Positions 11,377 through 24,845 of a stretch of DNA of 64,000 nucleotides are shown here, piece by piece. The translations under genes and the position numbers were made by a program. The stretch is from the NCBI GenBank assembly GCA_002104945.1, contig MCFH01000043.1, positions 372,001 through 436,000 of the forward strand, given 5' to 3'. Origin of the DNA: Piromyces finnis finn (taxonomy: Eukaryota; Fungi; Neocallimastigomycota). The first letter of the stretch is position 1; each line of letters starts with the position of its first letter. Below the pieces are notes generated by a model. That model was given only the letters and a program-made list of their open reading frames with translations, searched no databases and was not told where the DNA came from.

Positions 11377-13990
11377 CTAGTTTTTCATAACACATCCAAA
11401 GAATTTTCTAAACTATATTTCCCAATTTGAATTGTTAAAAAATTAAAAGTTAATAAATATTATAAAAAAATATAATCATTATATATATCATTTCTTACCA
11501 TTTTATTTTCCTTTATTTTAAACTTAATATTCTTCTTGTTTTTCTTTTTAATTTCTTTTTCCTTCTTACCAATTCTTTTTCTATTCTTCTTATTCTTTGG
11601 TCTCTTCTTTAATATATCAGTTTCATCTTCTTCCATAGCAGTTGTAATTTCGGATTCCTTTGAACTATCTTGTCTATTTATATCAGCATCAGCTTCAGTT
11701 AAATTGATATCTTTAACTTCTTCTTGCTTTTCTTCCTTCTTATCAACTTCTATGGTATCTTTATCAGACTTTTCTTCTTTGTGGTCATTTTCTTCAGCAA
11801 CCTTATCTTCAGATCTTTTAGAATCTTCAGATAAATTAGTAGAAGATATAGATTCACTTGTTGTAGAAGAATGATTTTCTTCATCTACTTCAATAAAATC
11901 TTCTTTTTCTAATTTAATTGCACTAGTACTGTCTACTTCTTCAACCTTTTCTTTAATTTCTTCAGTATTTTCTAAAGAAACAGTAGTTTCTTCCATTTTT
12001 TCAGTAGCAGGTTCAGTAACTTGTTCCTTAACTTCCTCCTTTTCTTCAACAATCTTTGAAACTTCTGGAATTTCTTCTTTAACTTCCTCTACTACAATTT
12101 CTTCAACAATAGCTTCTTCTTTTACTTCTGGTTCAGTTTCAATTGGTTGTTCTTCTTTAACTGATTCAGTTGGAGCTTCAACTGAAGAAGAATTAATAGC
12201 AACTTCTTCTTTAACTTCAACTGATTCTACTGCTGGAGTTTCAGCAGTCTTAGTTTCTGGTTCTTCTGTTTCATTATTATTATCCTTAACTTCTTGAAGT
12301 TTATCCTTCATTTCTTCTAAATGAGTAAATTGTTCTTGTTGAATTTCATTTATTAACTTTTCAATTTGCTTTTCAGCATTTTGTCTTTCAGCTTCAATGG
12401 CCTTTGAATTTTCAACTTCAGATGTAGTAGTTGGTTCATCAACTTCCATCTTATCTTCAACAACTTCTTCAACTTCCATAAGTTCTTCTTGAGTATTTTC
12501 AAGTTCAACTTGGAGTTCTTGTTGAGCATCCATGTATTCTTGAGAACTTGAATCTTGACTTTCAACTTTAGCAATTTGTTCTTGATTATCAGAAGAATCC
12601 TTTACCTCTTGACTTTCTTGGTTTGGAATATATTCTGTCTTATCTATTGAAACATCAACATTTTCATTTACAGAAACATTAACTCTATTTTCAAATACTT
12701 CGGTATGTTCAGTTTCATCATCTAAACCAATTTGGCGAGAATGAGTACCATGTGGAGCTGGTGGTGGCAAATCTGGAACCTTAGTATCTTGAATTTTTTC
12801 TATTTCTGAGTTTGTACTTTCATTTATGAATTTAAGGTAGGAATCATCATACATGTAATCTAAATTCATTGAATTCATAGTTTCATTCATTTTTTCTTTA
12901 GCATAGGCACTATTACGAAGCCATTTGTGGTTGATAACCTTTTCCATTGGCCATCTTTTTTCTGGATCTGGTATAAGCATTCCACAAACCAAATCTTGGG
13001 CATCTTCACTAACATATTCTGGGAAAGTTAATTGAGATTCTAAAATATATTTATATAATAAATCAAGATTTTCACCATCTGGGTTATTTGGATCATCATC
13101 AAATGGTAAATAACCACAAAGCATGGCATAAAGGATAATACCACAACTCCAAATATCAGCAGCTTCACCAACATAGTTATCATTAATAACTAATTCTGGG
13201 GCAGCATAACATGGACTACCACAAGAAGTAGATAATAAACCTGATGGATTCTTACGTGAATTGTTGGCAAAACCAAAATCAGTAATAACAATATCACCCT
13301 TTTGATCAAGTAATAAGTTTTCCTATAAATTATAAATTGATAATAAAAAAGCAGTTATATGCTTTAGTTTCTATTTGTTGTTTAATATTTTATTTACAAA
13401 ATATAACACTTTTTAAAAACCTACCAATTTTAAATCTCTATGTACAATATGACGATTATGAAGGTATTGTACACCATCTAATAATTGAATGAAAAATTTA
13501 GCAGATTCTTCTTCAGATAAATATTGATTTTCAGAAATGTATTCAAAAAGTTCACCACCTATATATAATGATAAAGTATTAGTTTTATTGTTTTCCTATC
13601 CATTACAAGTTTACTTTTAATAACTTACCATTGGCATAGGCCATAACAATACCGATATATTTTTCAGTTTCAATAACATCATATAAACGAACAATATGTG
13701 GATGGTTTAAGTTCTACAAATATAAAAGCATTAATAATAAGATTTTCAAAAAATATTTATTTATTTATTTTTAAACTTACTTGAAGAATATTAATTTCTC
13801 TTTCCAACTTTGCTTGCTTTTGTGATGATGTAATATTTGAACGCTTAATAAATTTTATAGCAACTTCAAGATCCTTGTTTGGATCATAGGCTAATTTGAC
13901 TTTACCAAATTCACCCTTACCAATGGTATGTAATATAATATATCCACCAAAAGTTTTACTCGGAACTTGACGATGTTCAGTCATTTTCAT
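11377..13990 (-). CDS. KIN4: Kin4/Frk1/Ppk1-family Ser/Thr kinase with long acidic C-terminal region. Model: complement join(13990..13781,13713..13629,13558..13425,13322..11499,11412..11377), 762 aa
   Basis: GKGEFGKV, VAIK, HRDLKLEN, DFG, TSCGSPCYAAPELV and the family-typical GYLPFDDDPNNPDGENLDLLYKYI. All introns are GT-AG with consistent phases. The last 36-nt exon is my inference; unspliced, the ORF ends at 11460. One-to-one orthology to KIN4 is untested. Confidence 0.88.
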
Positions 13991-16928
13991 ATGTTTTTTA
14001 AATTATTAAATAAGAGTAAAAAAATCTTTAAAAATTAAATAATGATTTATGTTTCTAAAATTTGATTTAATTTAATTATTATTAATTGTAGTTAAAGTAT
14101 CTTAAATACAATTAGGTTTCTATTAATTGATTTTTCGATACTTTTTTTATATTAAAGATTATATTAAATTGATTATTTTAGTCTTTTTATTTTAAAACAT
14201 TTTATTTTATAGTATTATTATATTGAAATATTGGTTTTTATTATATATAAACTATATAAAAAATACCGTTTCTAAATAATGAAATTATTACAAATATAAA
14301 TACTATATTATCGAATTTATATAAGAATTCTATTTCTTTAATATATAAAATACTATATTTTCTATAGGATTATTTCTAAAATAACAAGTTTTTAAAATCT
14401 TTAATGAGGTTATTTCATTAAATTAAATAATAGGTTTTTTTTTTTGACTTTCTAACTTAATAATAATTAAAGTTATATCAAAATTTATGGTATTTAAATT
14501 AAATTATGAATTCTTTCAAGGATTCTACTATTGGGTTTTTTAGGTGTTTCAACAAAGGTTAAAAAACAAATTTTAATATATATTTATGTATTTGAATAAA
14601 ATTATTATCTATTGACAAATATATATATTTAAAAAATTTGTTGTTATTTTTTTTATTTTATAATTCTTTATTTTATTTATTATTATTGTTTATTATTTTT
14701 ATTTTTATTTTGCTTTTTTTTTTTATTATTATTATTATTATTGCTTTTATATTTTATTGTTTTAATATGATTATTTTAATATATTCATTCTTTAACTTAA
14801 ATTAGATTTATTTTGATTTGCTTTAGTTTATTTTATTTTTTATTTTTTTGCTTTATTTTATTTTGTTTTGGTGTTTTATTTTTTTTCAATCAATACAAAT
14901 ATATATTATATATTTTAAATATTTTTTCTTTCTTTATTCAAGACCAATAAAGTGAAAAAAAATAAATGTCAATATATACACTATATATTAGTTTGAATTA
15001 AAAAAAAATATTATAAATTTCTTTAATTCTGATTTTAGATTAACATTAATAAATTGTAAAGAACGATATTATAAAAAAAAAAAAAAAGAAAAGAAAAAAA
15101 AAATTTATTATAGTTTTATTATTTATCTCCTTTTTTTTTTTTGTCAATATTACCTATTAATAGTCAATGATATTAAATATTAAAAAATAAAATTATTGAT
15201 ATTCATATCATAAATTAAAAAAAAATATTAAATCCTAGGTAAAAAGGAATAATAAAAAAATTTGATATTACAATTTTAATACTAATAATGAATAAAAATT
15301 AATAATTTATTAAATATTATTATTTATTTATTATTAAATATTAATCGTATTATTTTATTATTTATGATTATTTATTGATAAAAGTCAAAAATATTAATAG
15401 TATTATATAATAATATATTGGATAATTTACTGATAGTATATTGTTATATAATATTATTTTATTTGCTCTGATTTAATTTAATAAATGTTTATTTACCTGT
15501 TTATTTATTTAATTTACTTTTATATAACATAAAGGAAAAGTTATTTTAATATATTGGTATCAAATGAGCAATACATATGATATATATGATATATATATCA
15601 ATAATATATATTATATATAAAATATCCAATATATTAAAAATTCATTCATAATAAATATAAATAAACTGTTTAAATTTAATTTATGGCTTCTACAAATAAA
15701 AGTTTAAAATTATAATAAATTGAATTTAAACTTATTTTCTATAATATATCAGTGAAATTAAAAATTAAAAATTGTGTTATATTAATAATTTCATCATTTC
15801 TATTCAATCTATTATATTGATAGAATATATTATTAGTATAATGATAACCATTAAAAAATAAATTGGTAGAATATTATAAAATAAATGATTAATAAAAATT
15901 ATTATGTTTTATAAAAGAATCACAAAAAGAGAAGACATCATCAATAAAATGCTTAAATAGGTTATTGTTGATAGAAACAAAAAAGTATAAAGTAGTAATG
16001 ATCAAAAGGAATGAAAAAAGAAGAACTAACCTTAATTTCTAATCTTTTTTTCATATGAAAAAATGAGTACAATAAGATTAATAAAATTTAAATGTTACAA
16101 CATGTGACTTAAAGCTTTTATAAACCTTCAACTTTTTGGCTTGTAACAAAATTTAGAATTGAACATATATTATGATTTATCTGTTTCAATGTTTCAATTC
16201 AAGTTTCAATTTCAATTCCGTTTCTATTGAATTTATTATCACAAAAAATGATTTTCTTTTTCTTTTAATTTTTAATGGTCAATATTCTTTGTACAACTTA
16301 AACTTTATTAGCAATTAAATTTAAATTAATATTATTGGATAGTATTTAATTAACTTTTTTTAAACTCTATAAATTTCCTATATGTATATATATATTATTA
16401 TTTAAAAAAAAATAAATAAGAAATATTGAATTAATATAATAAATTAATTATTAATTAATTTATATTAAACTTTATTAAATGAAAAGTATAATTTAATATA
16501 AGAGTTTAATTTAAAACAATTGATTCTTTTCATATATTAGTTGTATACAAATTTTTTTGAACTTTATTTTTACATATACTATGATTAAATAAGATTAAAT
16601 AAATAAATTTAAAATTTATAGGTTAAGTTATGTTGTTTAATAAATTTTAAATTTATCATAATATATGTAAACATAAATTAGAATACACTATGATATATAT
16701 GTGATATATACTATGATATGAGAATATAACATTTTTTTTTACACAAATTTAGTTTTAAAACTTAAATAACTATTATATTTAAATTGTTGATTTAAAAATA
16801 ATTATAAATAAAGTTTGAAATTTTAAATTTTAAAAATTAATAAAATTTAATTAAATTAAATAACACAAATTTTTAAAAAAAAAAAACAAACTATCCTTTA
16901 TCATTGTAAATGGCTATAAATAATCTTT

Positions 16929-17150
16929 AAATAAATTATTATAAATGAATAAAAGTAAATAAATATATAAATAATATATTAAATAAATTATTATAAATGA
17001 ATAAAAGTAAATAAATATATAAATAATATATTAAATAAATTATTGTAAATGAATAAAAGTAAATAGATATATAAATAATTTATTAAATAAATTATTATAA
17101 ATGAATAAAAGTAAATGGATATATAAATAATATATTAAATAAATTATTAT
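16929..17150. repeat. 52-bp minisatellite, about 4.3 copies
   Basis: Unit aaataaattattataaatgaataaaagtaaataaatatataaataatatatt starts at 16929, 16981, 17033, 17085 and 17137 with few substitutions. Confidence 0.92.
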
Positions 17151-17319
17151 CAAAAGCATAGTTTAAAAAAAAAAAGAAAAAAGTATTTCAATGCTTTTGT
17201 TTTTTTTTTTTCTCTTTTTAAATGTTATTTTACAACTAGTTGATTAATAAAAGAATCTTATGATCCTTTATTCTATAACAATAAAATTTAATATTAAAAT
17301 AAAATAGAATTAATAAAAA

Positions 17320-18280
17320 GTTTAACATCTTTTTTCTTTCTGACTGGTAATTCTTTGACTATAAGTCATAAGTCTGGTAATGGTCGAATTTCTTCTGGTA
17401 ATAGAGTCTGGCTAAAATCTAGGATAATTACTAATTCATCTTTTAAATTATCCCTTTTTTATCAATAAAGTAGGTAGATTAAAAAATAATGATCTATGAA
17501 TATGAAAATCTTCTTTTTTTTAATTATAATGCTTATGAAGGAATGAATTATTTATATTAATTAATATTTAGAGAATAATTATTAAATTCCTTTTTTTTTT
17601 TTTCATTATGATAAATGATATTTAAAAATAAATTATTATTTATTCACAAGCCTATTTTTTAATTTGTTTTAGGAGGGTCTTCTGGTAAAATGTGAAAATT
17701 AAATTTATTATTATGCAAATTATATTAAATTGTATACGTTTTAATACATTGATATATAATGTATTATGTTATCTGGTTTTGTTTCTTTTTACATAAAATC
17801 AAAAAATTCTGCTGAAGAATATTCTATGGTGAAAGAAAAAAAGAGTCAATTTTTTTTATGTAAAATCTTATACATTAAAGATTCGTTATTATGAAGAGAT
17901 GGAAAAAAAAAAAAAGACATTATTATTACTGCTATTATTAATATTAGTATTGTTGATATTGTAATAGTAGAGTAATGTTACTGTTGTTGGTAGATGTTGT
18001 TGTAATAGTAGAGTAATGTTACTGTTGTTGGTAGATGTTGTTGTAATAGTAGAGTAATGTTACTGTTGTTAGTAGATGTTGATGTAGTATTGTTAGTTTT
18101 ACTTTTATTAGTATTATTAATGTTGTTGTTATTGTTGTAGTTACTTTTAATATTATTTTTTGTTGGTATTTTTGATGTTGTAGGTTTTTATTTAAATAAC
18201 CTTTATGATCACAGTGTATATACAACTTATTTGCCTTTTTTGATATGATTCTGACATGATCCTCAACCTCAAAACAAAAT
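17320..18280 (-). mobile_element. Possible heavily decayed Ty3/gypsy-like gag-pol relic
   Basis: Fragments read KKANKLYIHCDHKGYLNKNL (CCHC spacing), FHILPEDPPK, and LPEEIRPLPDL*LIVKELPVRKKKDVKL, reminiscent of the LPPHRxxDxxIxL protease-RT junction. Stops and frameshifts throughout; recognised by eye only. Confidence 0.33.
17959..18081. repeat. 41-bp tandem repeat, 3 copies
   Basis: ttgtaatagtagagtaatgttactgttgttggtagatgttg starts at 17959, 18000 and 18041 with no spacers. Confidence 0.92.
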
Positions 18281-18497
18281 ATATTTTTTCAAATAAAGTT
18301 TTTTTTGAGTTATCATCAAAGAACATTAAAACTAAATTTTTAAAAACCAATGTATTGCTATTTTTGTATTCTATGGTTTAAACTCAATTTTAATCGTATA
18401 GTGAATGAATAAAACTTAGTTGAAAAAAATGTTGTAACCTTAAAATTTAATAAAATAATAAAAAGTTGTTCTAAATCTATTTAAAAAGGTTATAAAC

Positions 18498-18736
<239 letters not shown>

Positions 18737-21700
18737 AAAAGTATTTATAACGTTTATCAATTAGAATAATAAAAGGAAAGAAAAAAAAGATATACAGATA
18801 ACATTTTTTTTTTTTTTACATTTTTTGTAATTGTTAATAATGTTGGTATTATTAATTTCCAATTATATCATAATGCATTAATAATAAATACTTTTAATAA
18901 AGATAATTAAAAGACTTTTTATACAATTCAAATTTAAAAAAAAAGTTTAATAACAATCAAATTTTATTTTTACTTTTTTTTTTTTGTAAATATTAATTTT
19001 AATGAAAAAAAGAAAAAGAAAATAGGAATTAGTACAAGTAAAAATTATACTTTACAGATTTGTAATAGGAAATGTTTTTAATAACAAACACTTTTTTTAT
19101 AAAAAAATAAATATTTTAAATTGAATTTATTAATTTAAATCTTGCTTTACTACACAAGTTTACAATGATTAACTTTTCATAGAACTTTTATTCGATATGA
19201 AAAGAGAATCTTGGTTTTTATTTTTTTTTTTACCTTAATAGTTATACTAAGAATTATATATACTAGTTTATTTTTAACCTTTACTACACAAATTTACATT
19301 GATTAATTACTCGCAGAAGAACTTTTTAATAATAAAATTTTATTTGTATTAAAATATTGTTTTTTTTCTATGTTTGTATGTTTGTACAAAAAGAAAAATT
19401 TAATTTCTCCAAGTAATTTTTATTCTATTTAAAAAAAAAAAAAATGTTTGAGCAAGTAAATATATATTTTTTTATTTTTTTTTTTTTTAAAATACGAATA
19501 CATTTTTTTATCACTATTTCCATCAAGATTTTTTTTGAAGAATCAGTATTTTTATTGGTATAATAGAATGAATCTTCCTTTAATACTTAAATCCTTAATT
19601 GGAATATCATAATGATTTTTTTTTTGGAGTTAAACTTCTTTGTTTTTTTATTTATCAAAATTATTATTTATGTTATCATAGAAATCAAATAATAATGTAA
19701 CTGACGCATTATTTAGTGTTTCCCATATTCAATGGAATAGTTAATTCGTCATTATCATTATTATGTTCATTCACTTTTTCTTTTTCACAATTATCAATAT
19801 CTTCTAGAACAAAAGTAATATATTTTTAATAATAGTTCTTTATTTTTCCTTTTTCATAATTAATGATATTTTTTAATATTAAGGAATAAGGAATATTCCT
19901 ATATACTTATTTCAGAATGTTTTTCTTTACCTTTTTCAATATTTAATATATTTTCAATTAATATATTTAATATGCTATTATTTCCCCCAAAATAAAAGAT
20001 AAAAAAAGAAAAAAATAATTGTACTCATTTTAGTTTTAAAAATTATACCTCTTTTTTTACATTTATTTATTCAACTCATTACTTTTATAATAGATTCTTA
20101 ATCTATAAAATTTATTTTAAAATCTTTTTTTTTTATACTTTTATAATAAATAACTAAAAAAAAATATATCATTACAAATTTATTAATATAAACTATAATT
20201 TATACAACTTTTATTTGCATAAAATCCTATAATCTTGGTAATGATGAATTAGCCAACCTTACAAAGATATTCCACACTCTTTCGATATAAAATATAATAA
20301 TATAAACAAAGCAATGCATTACAAGCTTTTATAATAACATCATTTTCATTTTTTCATTTTTTTTTACCATTATTGCCTCTAGTATTTAATTTATAATGGT
20401 ATAAAACATTTATATCAGTTAAAAGCTTAAATTGTAAAAAAGAGTAATATATATAAAACTGTAAAACTATAAATAAAAATTTAATATAAAAGTTTTTTTT
20501 TAATGTTTTAATCTAGTTTGATTATTATATTTTTTATACTAAATAAATCAACATATTATATCTTTTATATTTCACTATTAACAATAAAAGGATAAAAGTA
20601 GTTAAGTATTAATTAAAATAATTAATAATAAATAAATAAATAAAAAAAAAAACTAATTTTAGCTTTACCAAGTTTTATAGCAATATCTCAGACATCATTA
20701 ATTAAAGAAATGAAATTAAAATTATATGATCATTTCAAAATATAATCAATTTATACTACTTATATCAAGATCAAAAGTTTTTTGTATCGCTTATTCGCTA
20801 ACAATAACACTGATTGTAAATTCTATATATATAAATATTATACAACCATTAGGTTTTCTACCTTTTGTACTAAAACATGCTCTTCTACAATATTTATTTG
20901 GTTCATCTGAACAATTGTATAATTTTAATAGTAATAACATGGTATAAAATAAAAGTTTTTATCCTATAGAGGGTTGAAAAGTAATCGTAAAAGCAAAATA
21001 TAATTAAAATCTATGTTAAAAAATGAGACTCAGTAGATTAAAAAACAAAAATACTAATAATAACATAAAGCTTTATATAATTCCATGTATAATTTTTATA
21101 GATAATAATTTTATAAAACATAAATATAAAATAATTTTTATTATTCTCTTTATAGCCTCTATCCTCTTGAAAACGTTCTTTTGTTATCTTTTCCTATATA
21201 TTCTACTCTTTCTTTAACACCCTTTCCATGTCAATTCTATTGTCACTTTTTTTCTTTATAAAAATTAAATTATTTTATAATAATATATAGGAAAGCATAT
21301 ATTAAAATAATATTGGTTATTTAATTATTTTTTAAAAAACTACCATTTATAGTAATTGAAATTTAATTAACATAAAAATAGAAATTTAAAGGTTACACAA
21401 ATTAAAAGCCAATTTTTTTTTTAAAACATTTTTTTAAAAAAACGTTCCAATAATTTATTTAAAATATATTTATTTATTCATTTATTTTTATAACAAGAAA
21501 AAAAGAGTATAAAGTTTATTTTTAAAAAAGTCAAAATAAACAGGAAAACACTTTCATCACTAGAAAAGTATCTTTTTTTTTACTTGAATGAATAAAAAAT
21601 AAAAATTTAATATTAGCATTATATCATCTATGATAATAAAATAAGAATGGATTTATTATTTGTTTTAATTTATCAGCTTTGTTCTATCTATTCATCTTTT

Positions 21701-23048
21701 TTCACTTTAAATAAAACTTTATTAAATTTCATCGTAGGCATGATGAAAAGTTCTGTTTTCCTACTAAATTTAATAGGAATTCATGTTTCAATAATGAAGT
21801 ATTCAATGAATTATTATTTTAGTTGAAAAAAGGAATAGAATTTACGTTCTATGCTATTTTTTTATTGTTGGTAATTTTTTCCTTGTTAGAAGTATAATAC
21901 TATTACTTATTAATAAATAATTATAAAATAATCCTAATTTTTATTTATCTAAATCTATATTTTTTATAGGCATTCTCTCTTGTCACATAAAATGTGAATG
22001 GAAAGGTTTTTGATGTAAGGAATCTCTTTAAATAAAAGGAATAGCAATTATTTAAAATATTATCAACAAATCCTAACCCTTTAAATTAATTAATATTAGA
22101 ATTTTTTTTTCTCATCAGATAAATTGAATCCTTTAGCAAAAATTAAGCTAATAATGAGTTGGGTTTTGGATTTTTTTTTCTTTGATAATATTCATTAATA
22201 ATATTATTATTGTAAAGATTATTAATCTATAAAGAATGATAATTCATTCTATATAAAAAAAAATAACTAAATCTAGACAATTTATGTGATAGCATTAAAG
22301 TAAAATAATATAAATATTTACAATGTAATTTATGATTTACTAAATGTTATAGATAAATGCATTGCATTGCATCATAAATTTTAATATGCAATAATGTATA
22401 CCTATGAATAATAATATTAATACTAATAATAAAAAGGTGTAAATGAACATAATAATCAAAGTAGACAGTTTTTTTTTTTTTTTTATCTAATTGAATAAAT
22501 ATCAATTAAATGAATATCAACCAAATTATAATACTTTCATATTTTTTTACCATGTAAAAACAAAGTCTTTATTACATTATGTATACGAAATTAAAAAATG
22601 TAAAACCTTTTTAAAAATTAATTTAAATTAAAGTTATTCAAACTTTAATAATTATAAAACTATTATAAAGAAGAAGTATGAATATATAAAGAATGTAAAG
22701 AACAACTATTGAAATATTCAATATCATAATATATTGTGTATAAATAGATGAATAAAAACTAATAATTTAATTAAATTTACTAATTACTAAATAAATGAAT
22801 GAACTATTAATATATAAATAATCTATGGAATATTATTTTTTTTTTAAAAAAGAGAATATTCTTTTCAGTCAAATGGTAGGTGTAGAAATAAAAATTTTTA
22901 AAAAGTGTCTATATAGAATTTTTGTTGTAGATGTATGTAGGTGTAGGTGTGAGTATATGTAGGAATAAGGTGAATTCATACTTTTAAATAGGAATAAACT
23001 TAAAATTATTAATAATTTATTATCAATAACTCTAGCCCAATGACAAGT

Positions 23049-23162
23049 TTATTCAATTTTATTTTTATCTAAAGTTTTTTTCATAAGATGAAAGTGCTTT
23101 TATTCAATTTTATTTTTATTCTAAAGTTTTTTTCATGATCATAAAATAGATGAAAGCGCTTT
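23049..23162. repeat. Imperfect tandem duplication (about 51 and 63 bp)
   Basis: ttattcaattttatttttat(t)ctaaagtttttttcat...agatgaaag(t/c)gctt occurs twice. Confidence 0.8.
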
Positions 23163-24559
23163 TAAAGTCAAAGCATTGGTTTTTTTTATTTATTTATGTC
23201 TATATATTCTAGAAAGAATTTGAAAAAGTTAGCCTAAACTTTCTGGTAAAATGAATGTTATTATAGCAGGTGAATTAACAAATCGTTCCCTTTATTTTAA
23301 TACTAATATATATCAGTATGTATATTAATATATTAACAATATAGACCAAATGATTTCTTCTTTATCCTTTTTTATTTTTCACCAGAAAAGTGGTGCTTTT
23401 TTTTTTTATTATTGAGAAAAATGCCCTATAGCAAATGGTCCTATATAAAGTTATGTGTTTAAAAATTAAATTGAATAATTTAATTTAATATAAATTATTT
23501 ATATTAATAATATTAGCCACCATATATTACAATATATTTAATTAAATTATTGAATTTTCATTAATTAAAATTTATTCTCTAATAGAGTGAGTTTTGTGCT
23601 CATTTTAATTAATACTTGTTTGGTTGTAAATTGAATTCTCTATATATTACTAAGTCATAAAGTAAATATATTAACCATCCTTTATAACATATATTGTTAA
23701 TTTATGGCGTTGACATATTAACCACATATTAAAATATATATTATAATATAAATAAAATAAATTGAAGATACCTATCAATATATGAAAAATCAAATAGAAA
23801 TCAAATTATTAATATAATTTATATTATTTTATTCATCCTGGAAATTAATATATTTAATATATATTAGCTATAATATAATTTAATATACAATAGTATTTTA
23901 TAAAACTTTATAATAAAATGGTGTTATCTTTTATTTTATTGGTTTTCTTTTACAATTATTTATATTAAAGTTTAATGCTACATAATATATGTGAATAAAT
24001 AGTGACAATATATTATTATTTATTATATCTTTTAAAATATATTGTACCATTAATATAATTAATAATATACATTAATATATTTATTAATAACTCTAATTCT
24101 TTTAAAATGGTATTTTTTCTTTTATATTGTGAAATTTTTTAATAAATTTAATATATGGCTAATATACATTGATCATATAATAAATAATTATTAGATTCAT
24201 TTGAAAGATATAGTCCATTATATTATAGAATATGTTAATAAACCTTAATTAATAATATTATTTCTCATTCTTAAATTAAATTAATTAAATACTATTTTGT
24301 GACTATATAATTTTGTATAATAAATAATATATATTGGTATATATTTTAACATATATTATCTATATATATTATTATCACCATTGAAATGTTCAATGTTGAC
24401 TATTAGAATTGAATGGTAGTACTGAAATAAATTAAAAAAGAAAGTTAAATAAATAATAAAATGTTATTTAAACCATTTTAAAATAGATAAAATGTATTAT
24501 TGAATATATTAGAATAAATATAAATGAATTATTATATATATTGTTTATATATTATATAT

Positions 24560-24845
24560 ACTTTTTCATAAGAAATAAGTCCTATCACAAAATTTTACTG
24601 AGAATTAAATTATAGCTCCATTATTCGAAGAGTTGAAGGATTATCAAAGATTTTTTATTTTACCACCAAAATGTTGAAGATATTCTTTTTTTAACCTTGA
24701 AGTGCCTGTTTTCTTTCTTTCTTTTTTTTTTTGTTTCATCTTAAATAGAATTCAATTTTTCCTTACTTTTTTTTAACCATTTTTTCTCTATTTTTATGGT
24801 ATAAAGAGTTGAATTCTTTGTATTTTTTTAATATCCTTTGTAATG
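24560..24845 (-). mobile_element. Possible decayed Tc1/IS630-like transposase N-terminal fragment
   Basis: Across frameshifts: LQRILKKYKEFNSL ... KTGTSRLKKEYLQHF ... IFDNPSTL. This resembles the TxQRIxKKYxETGS...GRxxKLxxEH...xxNPxxTL helix-turn-helix region. No DDE triad or TIRs found. Confidence 0.28.

Noticed and set aside
16929-18081. 52-bp and 41-bp repeats as CRISPR arrays
   Set aside because: Units are contiguous with no unique spacers, there are no cas genes, and the context is eukaryotic.
20726-20947. 73-aa ORF and the antisense Cys-containing 49-aa peptide (YNCSDEPNKYCRRAC)
   Set aside because: Short, no recognisable domain, no splice support.
23030-23445. gcccaatgacaag and gaaaaatgccctatagcaaatggtccta as Mutator-like terminal repeats
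   Set aside because: No inverted partner or target-site duplication found in the window.
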